Made by a program: the position numbers and the translations under genes. A stretch of DNA of 24,493 nucleotides from Patescibacteria group bacterium (lineage in GTDB: Bacteria; Patescibacteriota; Minisyncoccia; Portnoybacterales; UBA2143), in contig JAYEKG010000008.1 in NCBI GenBank assembly GCA_034660935.1, positions 1-24,493 of the forward strand. Reading direction: 5' to 3'. The number at the start of each line of letters is the position of its first letter. The first letter of the stretch is position 1. Below the pieces are notes generated by a model, which worked only from the letters and a program-made list of their open reading frames with translations, had not been told where the DNA came from and searched no databases. This document shows positions 6,372-13,849 of this stretch, in pieces.

Positions 6372-8162
6372 ATGACAAATATTTATCTTGAGCCAGACGA
6401 AGAAATCATTTCAATTATCGATCGGCTTGTTCAGGCAGATGATGAACAAATCAATTTAATCATTCCCGCAGGGGCGCTGGTTTGGCAAAGTTCAATCAAT
6501 TTGAAATTACTTAAGCGGGAAGCCGATAATCTTAAAAAAGATGTTATTTTAGTTGTGGCAAACGATTTAAATATTGAAATGGCAAAAAAAATAGGTTTTG
6601 CGGCAATGCGGGAGAATGATTTTTCCGCTGAATTGGCGGTTCAAAAAAACGAAAATCAGCCAAAAAAGAAAAAAGATATGATTGAATTTTTGGCTGATGA
6701 ATTGGAATCGGGAAAGAAATCAGGCGAGCCGTTTGGCCCATTTCTGCCAGATGAAGAAAAACTCGCGGAGGATAATTCCTCAATAAATATTTCCACTGCC
6801 GCGGCCGAAAAACAATCAAGGAAAAGAATGGCGGATATAGTTAATCCCGCCAAAGATGTTAAGGTTAATTTTTTTCATCGCAGGACTCCAAAGAGCGGAC
6901 CAAATGTTATGCAAAAAATAGTTTCAGGATTAGTTAAGAAAAAACCGGCATTAAAGGAAAAAGTTCCCGCAGTTCTTCCCGTCACAAAGACGGTTTCTTC
7001 TCCAAAATGGCCTAAGATTTTCTTTGTTTTTATTGCTTTGGCTTTTGTGGCGGCGTTCGCAGTTGGCTATGCTGTTTTGCCTGCCGCAGAGATAACCATT
7101 TTTCCTAAAAGAGAAGAAATTAGTTTTGATTTATTATTAGTCGGTTCAAAGAAACTTTCTCATTCCGATAGAAACGAGAATAAGATTTCCCTTAGAGAGA
7201 TAGAAGTAACAAAAACGAAGAGCAGAGAATTTTCGGCAACAGGCGAGGAAGATCTTATCAAAAAAGCTTCCGGTTTTATTACTATTTACAATGAATTTAG
7301 TTCTAAACCCCAGCCGTTAGTGGTGAGAACTCGTTTTGAGTCGCCCGATGGAAAGGTTTTTAGAATAACGCGGAGCGTGACTGTGCCAGGCGCCAAAATA
7401 GAAAACGGCGCGATTATTGCCAGCGCTATCAAAGTAAAAGTGGTTGCCGACCAGCCGGGAGCTGGTTATAATATAGGGCCGGCTGATTTCACGATACCCG
7501 GATTCAAAGGAACCTCTAAGTATGTCGGTTTTTACGGAAAATCGGAGGAACCGATGACGGGTGGAATAAGGGGGAAAACAAAAGTGGTTTTGTCCAAAGA
7601 CATTGAAAAAGCGAAAGAGATTTTAGAAGAGGAGTTAAAAGAAGAAATTAAGGCGGCTTTTGAAGAACAAATTCCATCAGATTTGACAATAGTAGAAGAG
7701 AGTTTGAAAGAAGAAACAATTAAGGTTTCTTCAAGCGCCAATGAAGGAGAGCCGGCGGATAAGTTTGCCGTTGAAGTGGAATCCAAAATTTACGCGCTTC
7801 TTTTCAGCGAGAAAAAACTTAAAGAAATGGTTGATTTCAATTTAACTTCTATGATTTCAGAGGACAAAATTCCACTATTAAACAGCCAGCAAATCAGTTG
7901 GAGCGAATTAGAAGTTAATTGGGGTAAAGGAGAAGTTAATTTCCCTTTGCATATTGATGAAGATTTGGCTTGGAGAATAGACATTCAGGCGTTAAAAAAT
8001 AATTTGGCGGGGCAAGCCGAGGTGGAGGTTAGAAAATACTTAAGCAACCAGCCGGAAATTGAAAGCGCGAAGGTTTCTTTTTGGCCATTTTGGGTAAAAC
8101 AAGTTCCTTCGCATATGGAAAAAATCAAAATTATCGTGGATGATTACGCGGATGAGTATTAA
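6372..8162 (+). CDS. Single-pass membrane protein with extracytoplasmic baseplate-J-like domain
   Basis: Globular N-terminal ~80 aa, charged disordered linker, TM helix IFFVFIALAFVAAFAVGYAVL. Then ASGxITIYN...RFxSPDGKVF...VVADQPGAGYNIGP..FTIPG, recognised as the baseplate J/gp47-like pattern (not HMM-verified). Confidence 0.65.
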   Translation: MTNIYLEPDEEIISIIDRLVQADDEQINLIIPAGALVWQSSINLKLLKREADNLKKDVILVVANDLNIEMAKKIGFAAMRENDFSAELAVQKNENQPKKKKDMIEFLADELESGKKSGEPFGPFLPDEEKLAEDNSSINISTAAAEKQSRKRMADIVNPAKDVKVNFFHRRTPKSGPNVMQKIVSGLVKKKPALKEKVPAVLPVTKTVSSPKWPKIFFVFIALAFVAAFAVGYAVLPAAEITIFPKREEISFDLLLVGSKKLSHSDRNENKISLREIEVTKTKSREFSATGEEDLIKKASGFITIYNEFSSKPQPLVVRTRFESPDGKVFRITRSVTVPGAKIENGAIIASAIKVKVVADQPGAGYNIGPADFTIPGFKGTSKYVGFYGKSEEPMTGGIRGKTKVVLSKDIEKAKEILEEELKEEIKAAFEEQIPSDLTIVEESLKEETIKVSSSANEGEPADKFAVEVESKIYALLFSEKKLKEMVDFNLTSMISEDKIPLLNSQQISWSELEVNWGKGEVNFPLHIDEDLAWRIDIQALKNNLAGQAEVEVRKYLSNQPEIESAKVSFWPFWVKQVPSHMEKIKIIVDDYADEY

Positions 8163-8181
8163 AATTTTTCACTAAAAATTG

Positions 8182-8210
8182 TTGACTAATTTAAAGCTAT
8201 CGTTTATCAT
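8182..8210 (+). promoter_or_regulatory. Putative promoter of the infA-rpsI operon
   Basis: TTGACT, 17 nt, TATCAT; the infA GTG follows after 6 nt. Confidence 0.7.
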
Positions 8211-8216
8211 ACAAAA

Positions 8217-8441
8217 GTGCCGCAATCAAAAGAAACAATTACCAAAGAAGGCGTGGTCTTGGAAAGTTTGCCGGGGGCAACCTTTAAGGTTAAATTAAAT
8301 AACGGCGAAGGGGAGATATTGGCCCACCTTTCGGGGCGTATGCGCTTGCACCGCATTAGGGTGCTTATTGGCGACAGAGTTAGAATAGAGATGAGTCCTT
8401 ACGATAAAACGAAAGGCAGGATTATTTACCGGGATAAATAA
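8217..8441 (+). CDS. infA: Translation initiation factor IF-1
   Basis: [17 protein letters not shown]...[10 protein letters not shown]...[22 protein letters not shown]; GTG start. Confidence 0.97.
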   Translation: MPQSKETITKEGVVLESLPGATFKVKLNNGEGEILAHLSGRMRLHRIRVLIGDRVRIEMSPYDKTKGRIIYRDK

Positions 8442-8511
8442 TACACGGATTTAGCGCGAATGCGCAGATACGCAAATAAGCGTGTTTGCGTGTTTGTGTT
8501 GTTTGTAAGTT

Positions 8512-8625
8512 ATGAAAGTCAAATCATCAGTTAAAAAAATTTGCGCGCAGTGTAAAATAGTTCGGCGAAAGGGCCGGGTTCGCGTTATCTGTAAAGACCC
8601 AAAACACAAACAAAGACAGGGATAA
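8512..8625 (+). CDS. rpmJ: 50S ribosomal protein L36 (not in ORF track; Zn-ligand type)
   Basis: Own translation: [37 protein letters not shown]. Confidence 0.97.
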   Translation: MKVKSSVKKICAQCKIVRRKGRVRVICKDPKHKQRQG

Positions 8626-8629
8626 TTTT

Positions 8630-9019
8630 ATGATTCGCATAGCAGGAATAAATATTCCGGATAACAAAAGAATAAAAATTGCTTTGACCTATATTTACGG
8701 CATAGGAAATTCTTTGAGTGAACAAATTTTATCTCAATTGAAAATTAATTTTGACACCAGAACAAATAAATTATCAAGCCAGGAAATTAATAAATTACGC
8801 GAGACGATTGAAAAAAAATATATGGTGGAAGGCGATTTAAGGCAGAAAATAATGATGAACATTAAACGATTGAAAGATATTGGCTGTTATCAAGGGGAAC
8901 GTCACATAAAAGGACTGCCGGTTCGCGGACAACGAACAAAAACGAACACCAGAACAGTTAGGGGGAATGTTCGCGGTACTGCTATTAGCGGTAAAAAGAA
9001 AGCGGCGGCAAAAACATAG
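8630..9019 (+). CDS. rpsM: 30S ribosomal protein S13
   Basis: [10 protein letters not shown]...ALTYIYGIG...[14 protein letters not shown]. Confidence 0.98.
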   Translation: MIRIAGINIPDNKRIKIALTYIYGIGNSLSEQILSQLKINFDTRTNKLSSQEINKLRETIEKKYMVEGDLRQKIMMNIKRLKDIGCYQGERHIKGLPVRGQRTKTNTRTVRGNVRGTAISGKKKAAAKT

Positions 9020-9026
9020 GAATGGA

Positions 9027-9161
9027 AATTTTCAATTTTTAATTTTCATTAAATTTTCAATTTACAATTTTCAAACAGAGAAAAAATACGCGAAAAAGCA
9101 TTGGTTTGGAAATTTAATCATCGAAAATTGATTGAGAATTGAAAAGTGAGAATTGAAAGTT
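9027..9161. repeat. Heptamer-period (AATTTTC)n / (GAAAATT)n imperfect long hairpin
   Basis: Six AATTTTC-like units ending in CAAAC, a ~30-nt loop, then GTTTG and six GAAAATT-like units; fills the rpsM-rpsK gap. Confidence 0.8.
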
Positions 9162-9171
9162 ATATTAAAGT

Positions 9172-9645
9172 ATGGGAAAAAAGAAAGTTATTAAAAAATC
9201 GCAAGAAGAGCTTCTAAAAGAGGCCGAAGACAGAGAAGCGGCTGAAAAAAAAGCAACAGGCAGTATTGAGCTAAAAGGCGGGAAAACAAAAGCCGGCAGT
9301 TTGGGTCGCGCTCTGATTTATATCCAGTCAAGCTATAATAATACGATAGTTACTTTGACCGATACTCAGGGCAATATTGTCGCTTGGTCAAGTTCCGGCG
9401 CGGTTGGTTTTAAGGGACCCAAAAAGGCGACTCCTTTTGCCGCTTCACGGGTAATAGAAACCTTGATTGGGAAAGTAAAAAAGTTGAATGTCAGGGAAGT
9501 GGCTGTTTTTGTCAAGGGTGTGGGAAGCGGCCGAGACGCGGCTATTCGGGCGCTGGTCAACCATGGATTAGAAATCAGTTCTATAAAAGACATGACTCCT
9601 GTTCCGCATAATGGCTGCCGCCCACGCAAACCAAGAAGGGTTTAA
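9172..9645 (+). CDS. rpsK: 30S ribosomal protein S11 with charged N-terminal extension
   Basis: YIQSSYNNTIVTLTD.QGN..AWSSSG..GFKG.KK.TPFAA...D.TPVPHNGCRP.K.RRV. Confidence 0.98.
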   Translation: MGKKKVIKKSQEELLKEAEDREAAEKKATGSIELKGGKTKAGSLGRALIYIQSSYNNTIVTLTDTQGNIVAWSSSGAVGFKGPKKATPFAASRVIETLIGKVKKLNVREVAVFVKGVGSGRDAAIRALVNHGLEISSIKDMTPVPHNGCRPRKPRRV

Positions 9646-9655
9646 TTTTATTATT

Positions 9656-10285
9656 ATGATTATTATTGACGCAAAATGCAAAAAATGCCGAAGGGCCAAC
9701 CAAAAACTTTTTTTGAAAGGAGAGCGGTGTTTTGGTCCAAAGTGCGCTATGACGCGGCGTCCTTACGCCCCGGGTGTTCATGGTAAGGCGTTCCGAAGAA
9801 GAAGTTCGGAATATGGGCAGCAATTGGCGGAAAAACAAAAAGTTCGGTATGTGTATGGCGTTTCTGAAACGCAATTTAAAAATTATTTCAAAGAAATAGC
9901 CAAGAAACGAAAGGGCGACAAGGAAGAACTTTTAATTCGCCGGCTTGAAAGCCGTTTAGATAATGTTGTTTTCCGCTTAGGTTGGACCAGCTCAAGAAGA
10001 GCGGCCAGACAAGCAGTTAGTCATGGGCATATTTTAGTTAATAAAAGAAAAGTAAATATTCCTTCTTATAGAGTTAAGCTTGGAGATGTGATTCAGATTA
10101 AAGAAAAAAGCAGAAAATCTAAGATTTTTGAAAATCTTAAAACGCTTTTAAAGAAATATGACGCTCCTGGCTGGCTTTTATTGAATAAGGAGAAAATTGA
10201 GGGGAAGGTAAAGAATATGCCCGACATAGGGGATGTGGACAAGGTTGGCGAAATAAGCAAGATTATTGAATTTTACAGCCGGTAA
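9656..10285 (+). CDS. rpsD: 30S ribosomal protein S4 (ATG 9656 preferred over the track's 9611)
   Basis: KCKKCRR...LFLKGERC..PKC, SEYG.QL.EKQK, LESRLDNVVFRLG, RQAVSHGHILVN. Confidence 0.97.
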   Translation: MIIIDAKCKKCRRANQKLFLKGERCFGPKCAMTRRPYAPGVHGKAFRRRSSEYGQQLAEKQKVRYVYGVSETQFKNYFKEIAKKRKGDKEELLIRRLESRLDNVVFRLGWTSSRRAARQAVSHGHILVNKRKVNIPSYRVKLGDVIQIKEKSRKSKIFENLKTLLKKYDAPGWLLLNKEKIEGKVKNMPDIGDVDKVGEISKIIEFYSR

Positions 10286-10333
10286 AAACATAAAATATAG
10301 AACATAAAGTTCTAAGTTGTAAGTTATAATATT

Positions 10334-11311
10334 ATGATTACATTACCTAAAAAACCAAAAATTACCAAGAAGGGTGAAAACAGGGCGACATTTGAAATAG
10401 AGGCCTGTTATCCTGGATATGGAATTACTTTAGGAAACGCTTTTCGAAGAATTCTTTTATCTTCTTTATCGGGAGCGGCTATAACCGATGTTAAAATCAG
10501 CGGCGTTCAGCATGAATTTTCCACTATTCCTCATGTAGTAGAAGATGTTATTCAAATTATACTAAATCTTAAACAAATTAGATTTAAGCTGCAGACAGAA
10601 GGTCCTGTTAATGTTCAACTTAAGGTAAAAGGAGAAAAAGAAGTAAAGGCGGGCGATATTCAAACAGTGGCTGGTTTAGAGGTGGTTAATAAAGATGCCC
10701 ATATTGCCACACTAACGAACAAAAAAGCGGAATTGGAAATGGAAATCAAAGTGGATTCCGGCTTAGGATATTCTCCCTTGGAAAGCCGTAAAAAAGAAAA
10801 AATAGAGATAGGCAAGATTGCCATAGACACTATTTTTAGTCCCGTCCGCAGAGCGAATTATGTGATAGAAAATATGCGGGTAGGGGAAAAGACAAATTAC
10901 AATCGCCTAATTTTTGATATTGAAACAGATGGAACGATTACTCCGGCAGAAGCGTTTTTAAAGGCGGGCCAAATCCTAGTTAAACAATTTAAGGTTTTCA
11001 CTCTTTTAGAGAAAAAAGAAAAGAAAAAAACGGTTAAAGCAAAAATTGCCGCTGCTAAAAAAACAAAGATAAAGCCCGCAAAAAAGAAATCTGCTTCCAA
11101 TATGGCGACAGAAGCCGCTAAACAAAAAATTAAAGATTTGAAAATCTCTCCCCGTGTTATTGCTTCCCTCGAAGCAGCTGGTTTTAAAACAGTAGCCGGT
11201 TTAATTAGAAAAAGCGAGGGTGATTTGAAAAAACTTGAAGGGTTGGGCGGTAAGGGCATTATTGAGATTAAAAGAGCAATCGGTAAACTTGGGTTGACTT
11301 TAAAATCATGA
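10334..11311 (+). CDS. rpoA: RNA polymerase alpha subunit
   Basis: GYGITLGNAFRRILLSSL.GAAIT.VKI.GV.HEFSTI..V.EDV; alpha-CTD after a Lys-rich linker. Confidence 0.98.
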   Translation: MITLPKKPKITKKGENRATFEIEACYPGYGITLGNAFRRILLSSLSGAAITDVKISGVQHEFSTIPHVVEDVIQIILNLKQIRFKLQTEGPVNVQLKVKGEKEVKAGDIQTVAGLEVVNKDAHIATLTNKKAELEMEIKVDSGLGYSPLESRKKEKIEIGKIAIDTIFSPVRRANYVIENMRVGEKTNYNRLIFDIETDGTITPAEAFLKAGQILVKQFKVFTLLEKKEKKKTVKAKIAAAKKTKIKPAKKKSASNMATEAAKQKIKDLKISPRVIASLEAAGFKTVAGLIRKSEGDLKKLEGLGGKGIIEIKRAIGKLGLTLKS

Positions 11312-11658
11312 AGCATCGCAATAAGATAAGAAAATTTGGGCGTGAAAAAGGACAGCGCGCGGCTCTTTTAAAAACTTTAGCCGTTAATTTGATTTTGAAG
11401 GAAAAGATTACCACTACCGAAGCCAAGGCAAAATCGGCGCGGTCTTTTGTTGAGAAATTAATTACTAAAAGCAAAAAGAACGATTTATCCGCGATAAAGT
11501 ATTTGGCGAAGTACTTGCCTGAAAAGGCCCGTAAAAAAATTGTTGCGGAAATCGGTCCCCGTTATCAGAACAGACAGGGCGGTTATACGAGAATTATTAA
11601 ATTAGGTCCGCGCAAAACGGATGGAGCCAAAATGGTGGTGATTGAGCTGATGAAATAG
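11308..11658 (+). CDS. rplQ: 50S ribosomal protein L17
   Basis: MKHR...RKFGR...R.ALLK.L...I.TT.AKAK...R.GGYTRIIKLG.R..DGA.M; ATGA overlap with rpoA. Confidence 0.98.
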   Translation: MKHRNKIRKFGREKGQRAALLKTLAVNLILKEKITTTEAKAKSARSFVEKLITKSKKNDLSAIKYLAKYLPEKARKKIVAEIGPRYQNRQGGYTRIIKLGPRKTDGAKMVVIELMK

Positions 11659-11697
11659 TGTTTTAACTGTAGCATTTCCAAATTTACAAGTATCTTT

Positions 11698-12057
11698 ATG
11701 AAAAAGCATATTATTGACGCGGAAAATAAAATATTAGGGCGATTGGCCGTTGAAGTTGCCAATTTGTTGCGAGGAAAAGGAAAGGTGAATTTCGTCCCTT
11801 ATTTAGATGTGGGTGATAATGTCGTGATAATAAATACCGATAGAATTAAAGTGACGGGACGAAAATTGAAACAGAAAATTTATTATCGGCATTCCGGCTA
11901 TCCGGGCGGGATTAAAGGAGAAGCGTTGGGAGCTCTTCTTAAAAGGGATTCTCGCAGAGTGATTAAAGCGGCTGTTTATGGAATGTTGCCCAAAAATAAA
12001 TTACGGGATAAGATGATTAAAAAATTAAAATTGTATAGGAGAGAAGTTTCAAAATAA
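11698..12057 (+). CDS. rplM: 50S ribosomal protein L13 (short N-terminus)
   Basis: IIDAE...LGRLA.EVA..LRGK...D.GD.VV.IN...YYRHSGYPGG.K...V.GMLPKN.L. Confidence 0.97.
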   Translation: MKKHIIDAENKILGRLAVEVANLLRGKGKVNFVPYLDVGDNVVIINTDRIKVTGRKLKQKIYYRHSGYPGGIKGEALGALLKRDSRRVIKAAVYGMLPKNKLRDKMIKKLKLYRREVSK

Positions 12058-12644
12058 TGACCGCTCAAAAGAAAGTTACAAAAGAAAAAATTTCAAAAAT
12101 AAAACCAAAGAAAACTTTGGTTAAGAAAACCGCGCCCAAAAAAACAGCAATAAAAAAGAAAACAGCAATAAAAAAGAAGGAAATAACAAAACTCAAAAAG
12201 GAGACAATAAGGAAAAAAACTACCGTTCAAGACAAACCCAAACATTATTACGAAGCAGTAGGGCGCCGAAAAACGGCAAGCGCTCGTGTTCGCCTTTTTA
12301 CTTGTCAGCTGTTTGAAGACAAAAAGGGGCGAATTACGGTTAATGGGAAGCCTTATGATGAGTTTTTTCCAACCTTTGAACTTCAGCAAATAGTTAGCAG
12401 TCCGCTTGAAAAGATGAAATCGCTTAACAGGTTTGAGGCAACCGTTAAAGTAAAAGGAGGCGGCATTAAAGGGCAAGCTGGAGCAATTAGACATGGTTTG
12501 TCCCGAGTATTGGTAAAATTTAATGCCGATTTTTCAAAGAAACTGAAAAGAGCGGGATTTCTTAGCCGCGATCCGCGCAAGAAAGAAAGAAAAAAACCAG
12601 GCCTCAAAAAGGCCCGGCGCGCTCCGCAATGGAGGAAGAGATAG
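12057..12644 (+). CDS. rpsI: 30S ribosomal protein S9 with Lys-rich N-terminal extension
   Basis: AVGRRKTASARVRL...V.GGG..GQAGAIRHGLSR...RDPR.KERKKPGLKKARRAPQW.KR. Confidence 0.97.
   Translation: MTAQKKVTKEKISKIKPKKTLVKKTAPKKTAIKKKTAIKKKEITKLKKETIRKKTTVQDKPKHYYEAVGRRKTASARVRLFTCQLFEDKKGRITVNGKPYDEFFPTFELQQIVSSPLEKMKSLNRFEATVKVKGGGIKGQAGAIRHGLSRVLVKFNADFSKKLKRAGFLSRDPRKKERKKPGLKKARRAPQWRKR
12141..12176 (+). repeat. Perfect 18-bp tandem duplication AAAACAGCAATAAAAAAG (KTAIKK x2)
   Basis: Units 12141-12158 and 12159-12176 are identical. Confidence 0.9.
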
Positions 12645-12646
12645 CC

Positions 12647-12681
12647 AATCAAAGGACACCCCTAAGGGATGTCCTTTGATT
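12647..12681. terminator. Hairpin between convergent rpsI and PEGA genes (probable bidirectional terminator)
   Basis: AATCAAAGGACA / TGTCCTTTGATT perfect 12-bp arms located directly between the two stop codons. Confidence 0.75.
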
Positions 12682-13668
12682 TTATTCCAGGGAAATTTGG
12701 ATTAGTTTTTTGTTTTTAACAATCAAGATTGCTTCGTTTTTTGGGTTATAGGCGATTTGCTCGACGCCTAACTCAATTATATCCGTTATATTTCTTTCAT
12801 CGCGTCCGTCTAATTCGGCGATTTTAATATTTTGCCCCGTTAAAAAAATAATATGTCTGTTGGTTTTCTCGTACCAAACCGCCTTTTCAATTTTTTGCTC
12901 AAGGCGCGTAAGCAGTTCTTTTCCCTTTGCTTTTTTATTTGGCTGGTTTAAAATGTTCTCCAGATAATAAATCCATATTTCGTTAGGGGTGAAATACAGC
13001 ATTTTTTTATTGTCGCTGGAAAACTGGATTTCTTGGACATTTCTATCAATTAAATCAAACGCTCTTGTTTCCGGGTTTAGCAAATACAACTCGTTGTTTT
13101 CGCTCAAAACGGCTATTTTTTCGTTTGAAGAAACGATAATATCGTATTTTTGGACCGGCAGAGGAGTCAAGCTAATTTGTTCCTTTGTGGAATTATTTTC
13201 ACCGGTCTTGTAAAGAATTTGGTTTTGTTTTTGGATGTTAAAGGTATTATTAGATTTTTGAACAGATAAAAATTCATCAAGCAAAAAATTGCCAGGCAAG
13301 TTTTCGCTAATAATTTCAATTTTTGGATTTAAGGGAATTAGAAGAATATTTCTTGCTTCAGCAACTAATCCCGAATCTATCTTTAATCTTTTTTGCCAAG
13401 GGTGAAATCCGTCTTTTGTGATTTTAATTTGATATTCTCCGGGCAGAAGCCGTTTTATGAAGGCGGGAGTTTTTTTTGTTTGTTTGCCATTAACATAAAT
13501 TTCCGCTTTTTTGGGGAATGACTCAAAATAGAAACCGCCGGTTAAAACGGTTTTTTTCTTTTGCCAATCAAAGCCGTATCCCCAAGAATAAAGAAGAATT
13601 GCCGGGGCAGCTAAGGCGAAAAAAAATATTGCCAAACAGAGAATGATGCGCCGTGTTATAAGAGTCAT
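12682..13668 (-). CDS. Membrane-anchored PEGA domain protein with beta-propeller-like C-terminus (ATG 13668 preferred over the track's 13713)
   Basis: N-terminal TM (RRIILCLAIFFFALAAPAILLYSWGY) and PEGA motif S.PKKAEIYVNG...TPAFIKRLLPGEYQIKITKDGF.PW.K. Confidence 0.85.
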   Translation of the reverse strand: MTLITRRIILCLAIFFFALAAPAILLYSWGYGFDWQKKKTVLTGGFYFESFPKKAEIYVNGKQTKKTPAFIKRLLPGEYQIKITKDGFHPWQKRLKIDSGLVAEARNILLIPLNPKIEIISENLPGNFLLDEFLSVQKSNNTFNIQKQNQILYKTGENNSTKEQISLTPLPVQKYDIIVSSNEKIAVLSENNELYLLNPETRAFDLIDRNVQEIQFSSDNKKMLYFTPNEIWIYYLENILNQPNKKAKGKELLTRLEQKIEKAVWYEKTNRHIIFLTGQNIKIAELDGRDERNITDIIELGVEQIAYNPKNEAILIVKNKKLIQISLE

Positions 13669-13674
13669 AATATG

Positions 13675-13700
13675 ATAAGATAGTTTTGCAACTATCTTAT
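13675..13700. promoter_or_regulatory. Perfect inverted repeat ATAAGATAGTT-TTGC-AACTATCTTAT (operator-like)
   Basis: 11-bp arms, 6 nt upstream of the PEGA start, in the divergent PEGA/murA intergenic region. Confidence 0.5.
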
Positions 13701-13775
13701 TTTCAGAATACACTGTTCAAAATCTCCGTCAAGTTTGAAAACCAAATTCTTAAGGCGCTTTTTTTTATTGCCGTC

Positions 13776-13804
13776 TTGCCAAGCAGGTTAGGATGGGATA
13801 AAAT
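13776..13804 (+). promoter_or_regulatory. Putative murA promoter
   Basis: TTGCCA, 17 nt, TAAAAT. Confidence 0.55.
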
Positions 13805-13849
13805 AAGGGATAAAACAGCCCTTCAATAGGCTCAGGGGATAAAATTATT

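Noticed and set aside
6372-8162. Prophage or T6SS/contractile injection locus
   Set aside because: No sheath, tube, spike, terminase, capsid or integrase genes; the protein has a TM anchor and housekeeping neighbours.
9611-9655. N-terminal extension of S4 given by the ORF track
   Set aside because: Overlaps the rpsK 3' end; S4 homology begins at ATG 9656.
10287-10330. Possible third heptamer hairpin between rpsD and rpoA (AACATAA...GTTCTAAGTTGTAAGTT)
   Set aside because: 7-nt periodicity is suggestive, but only a 6-bp stem (TAGAAC/GTTCTA) is solid; too short and AT-rich to support.
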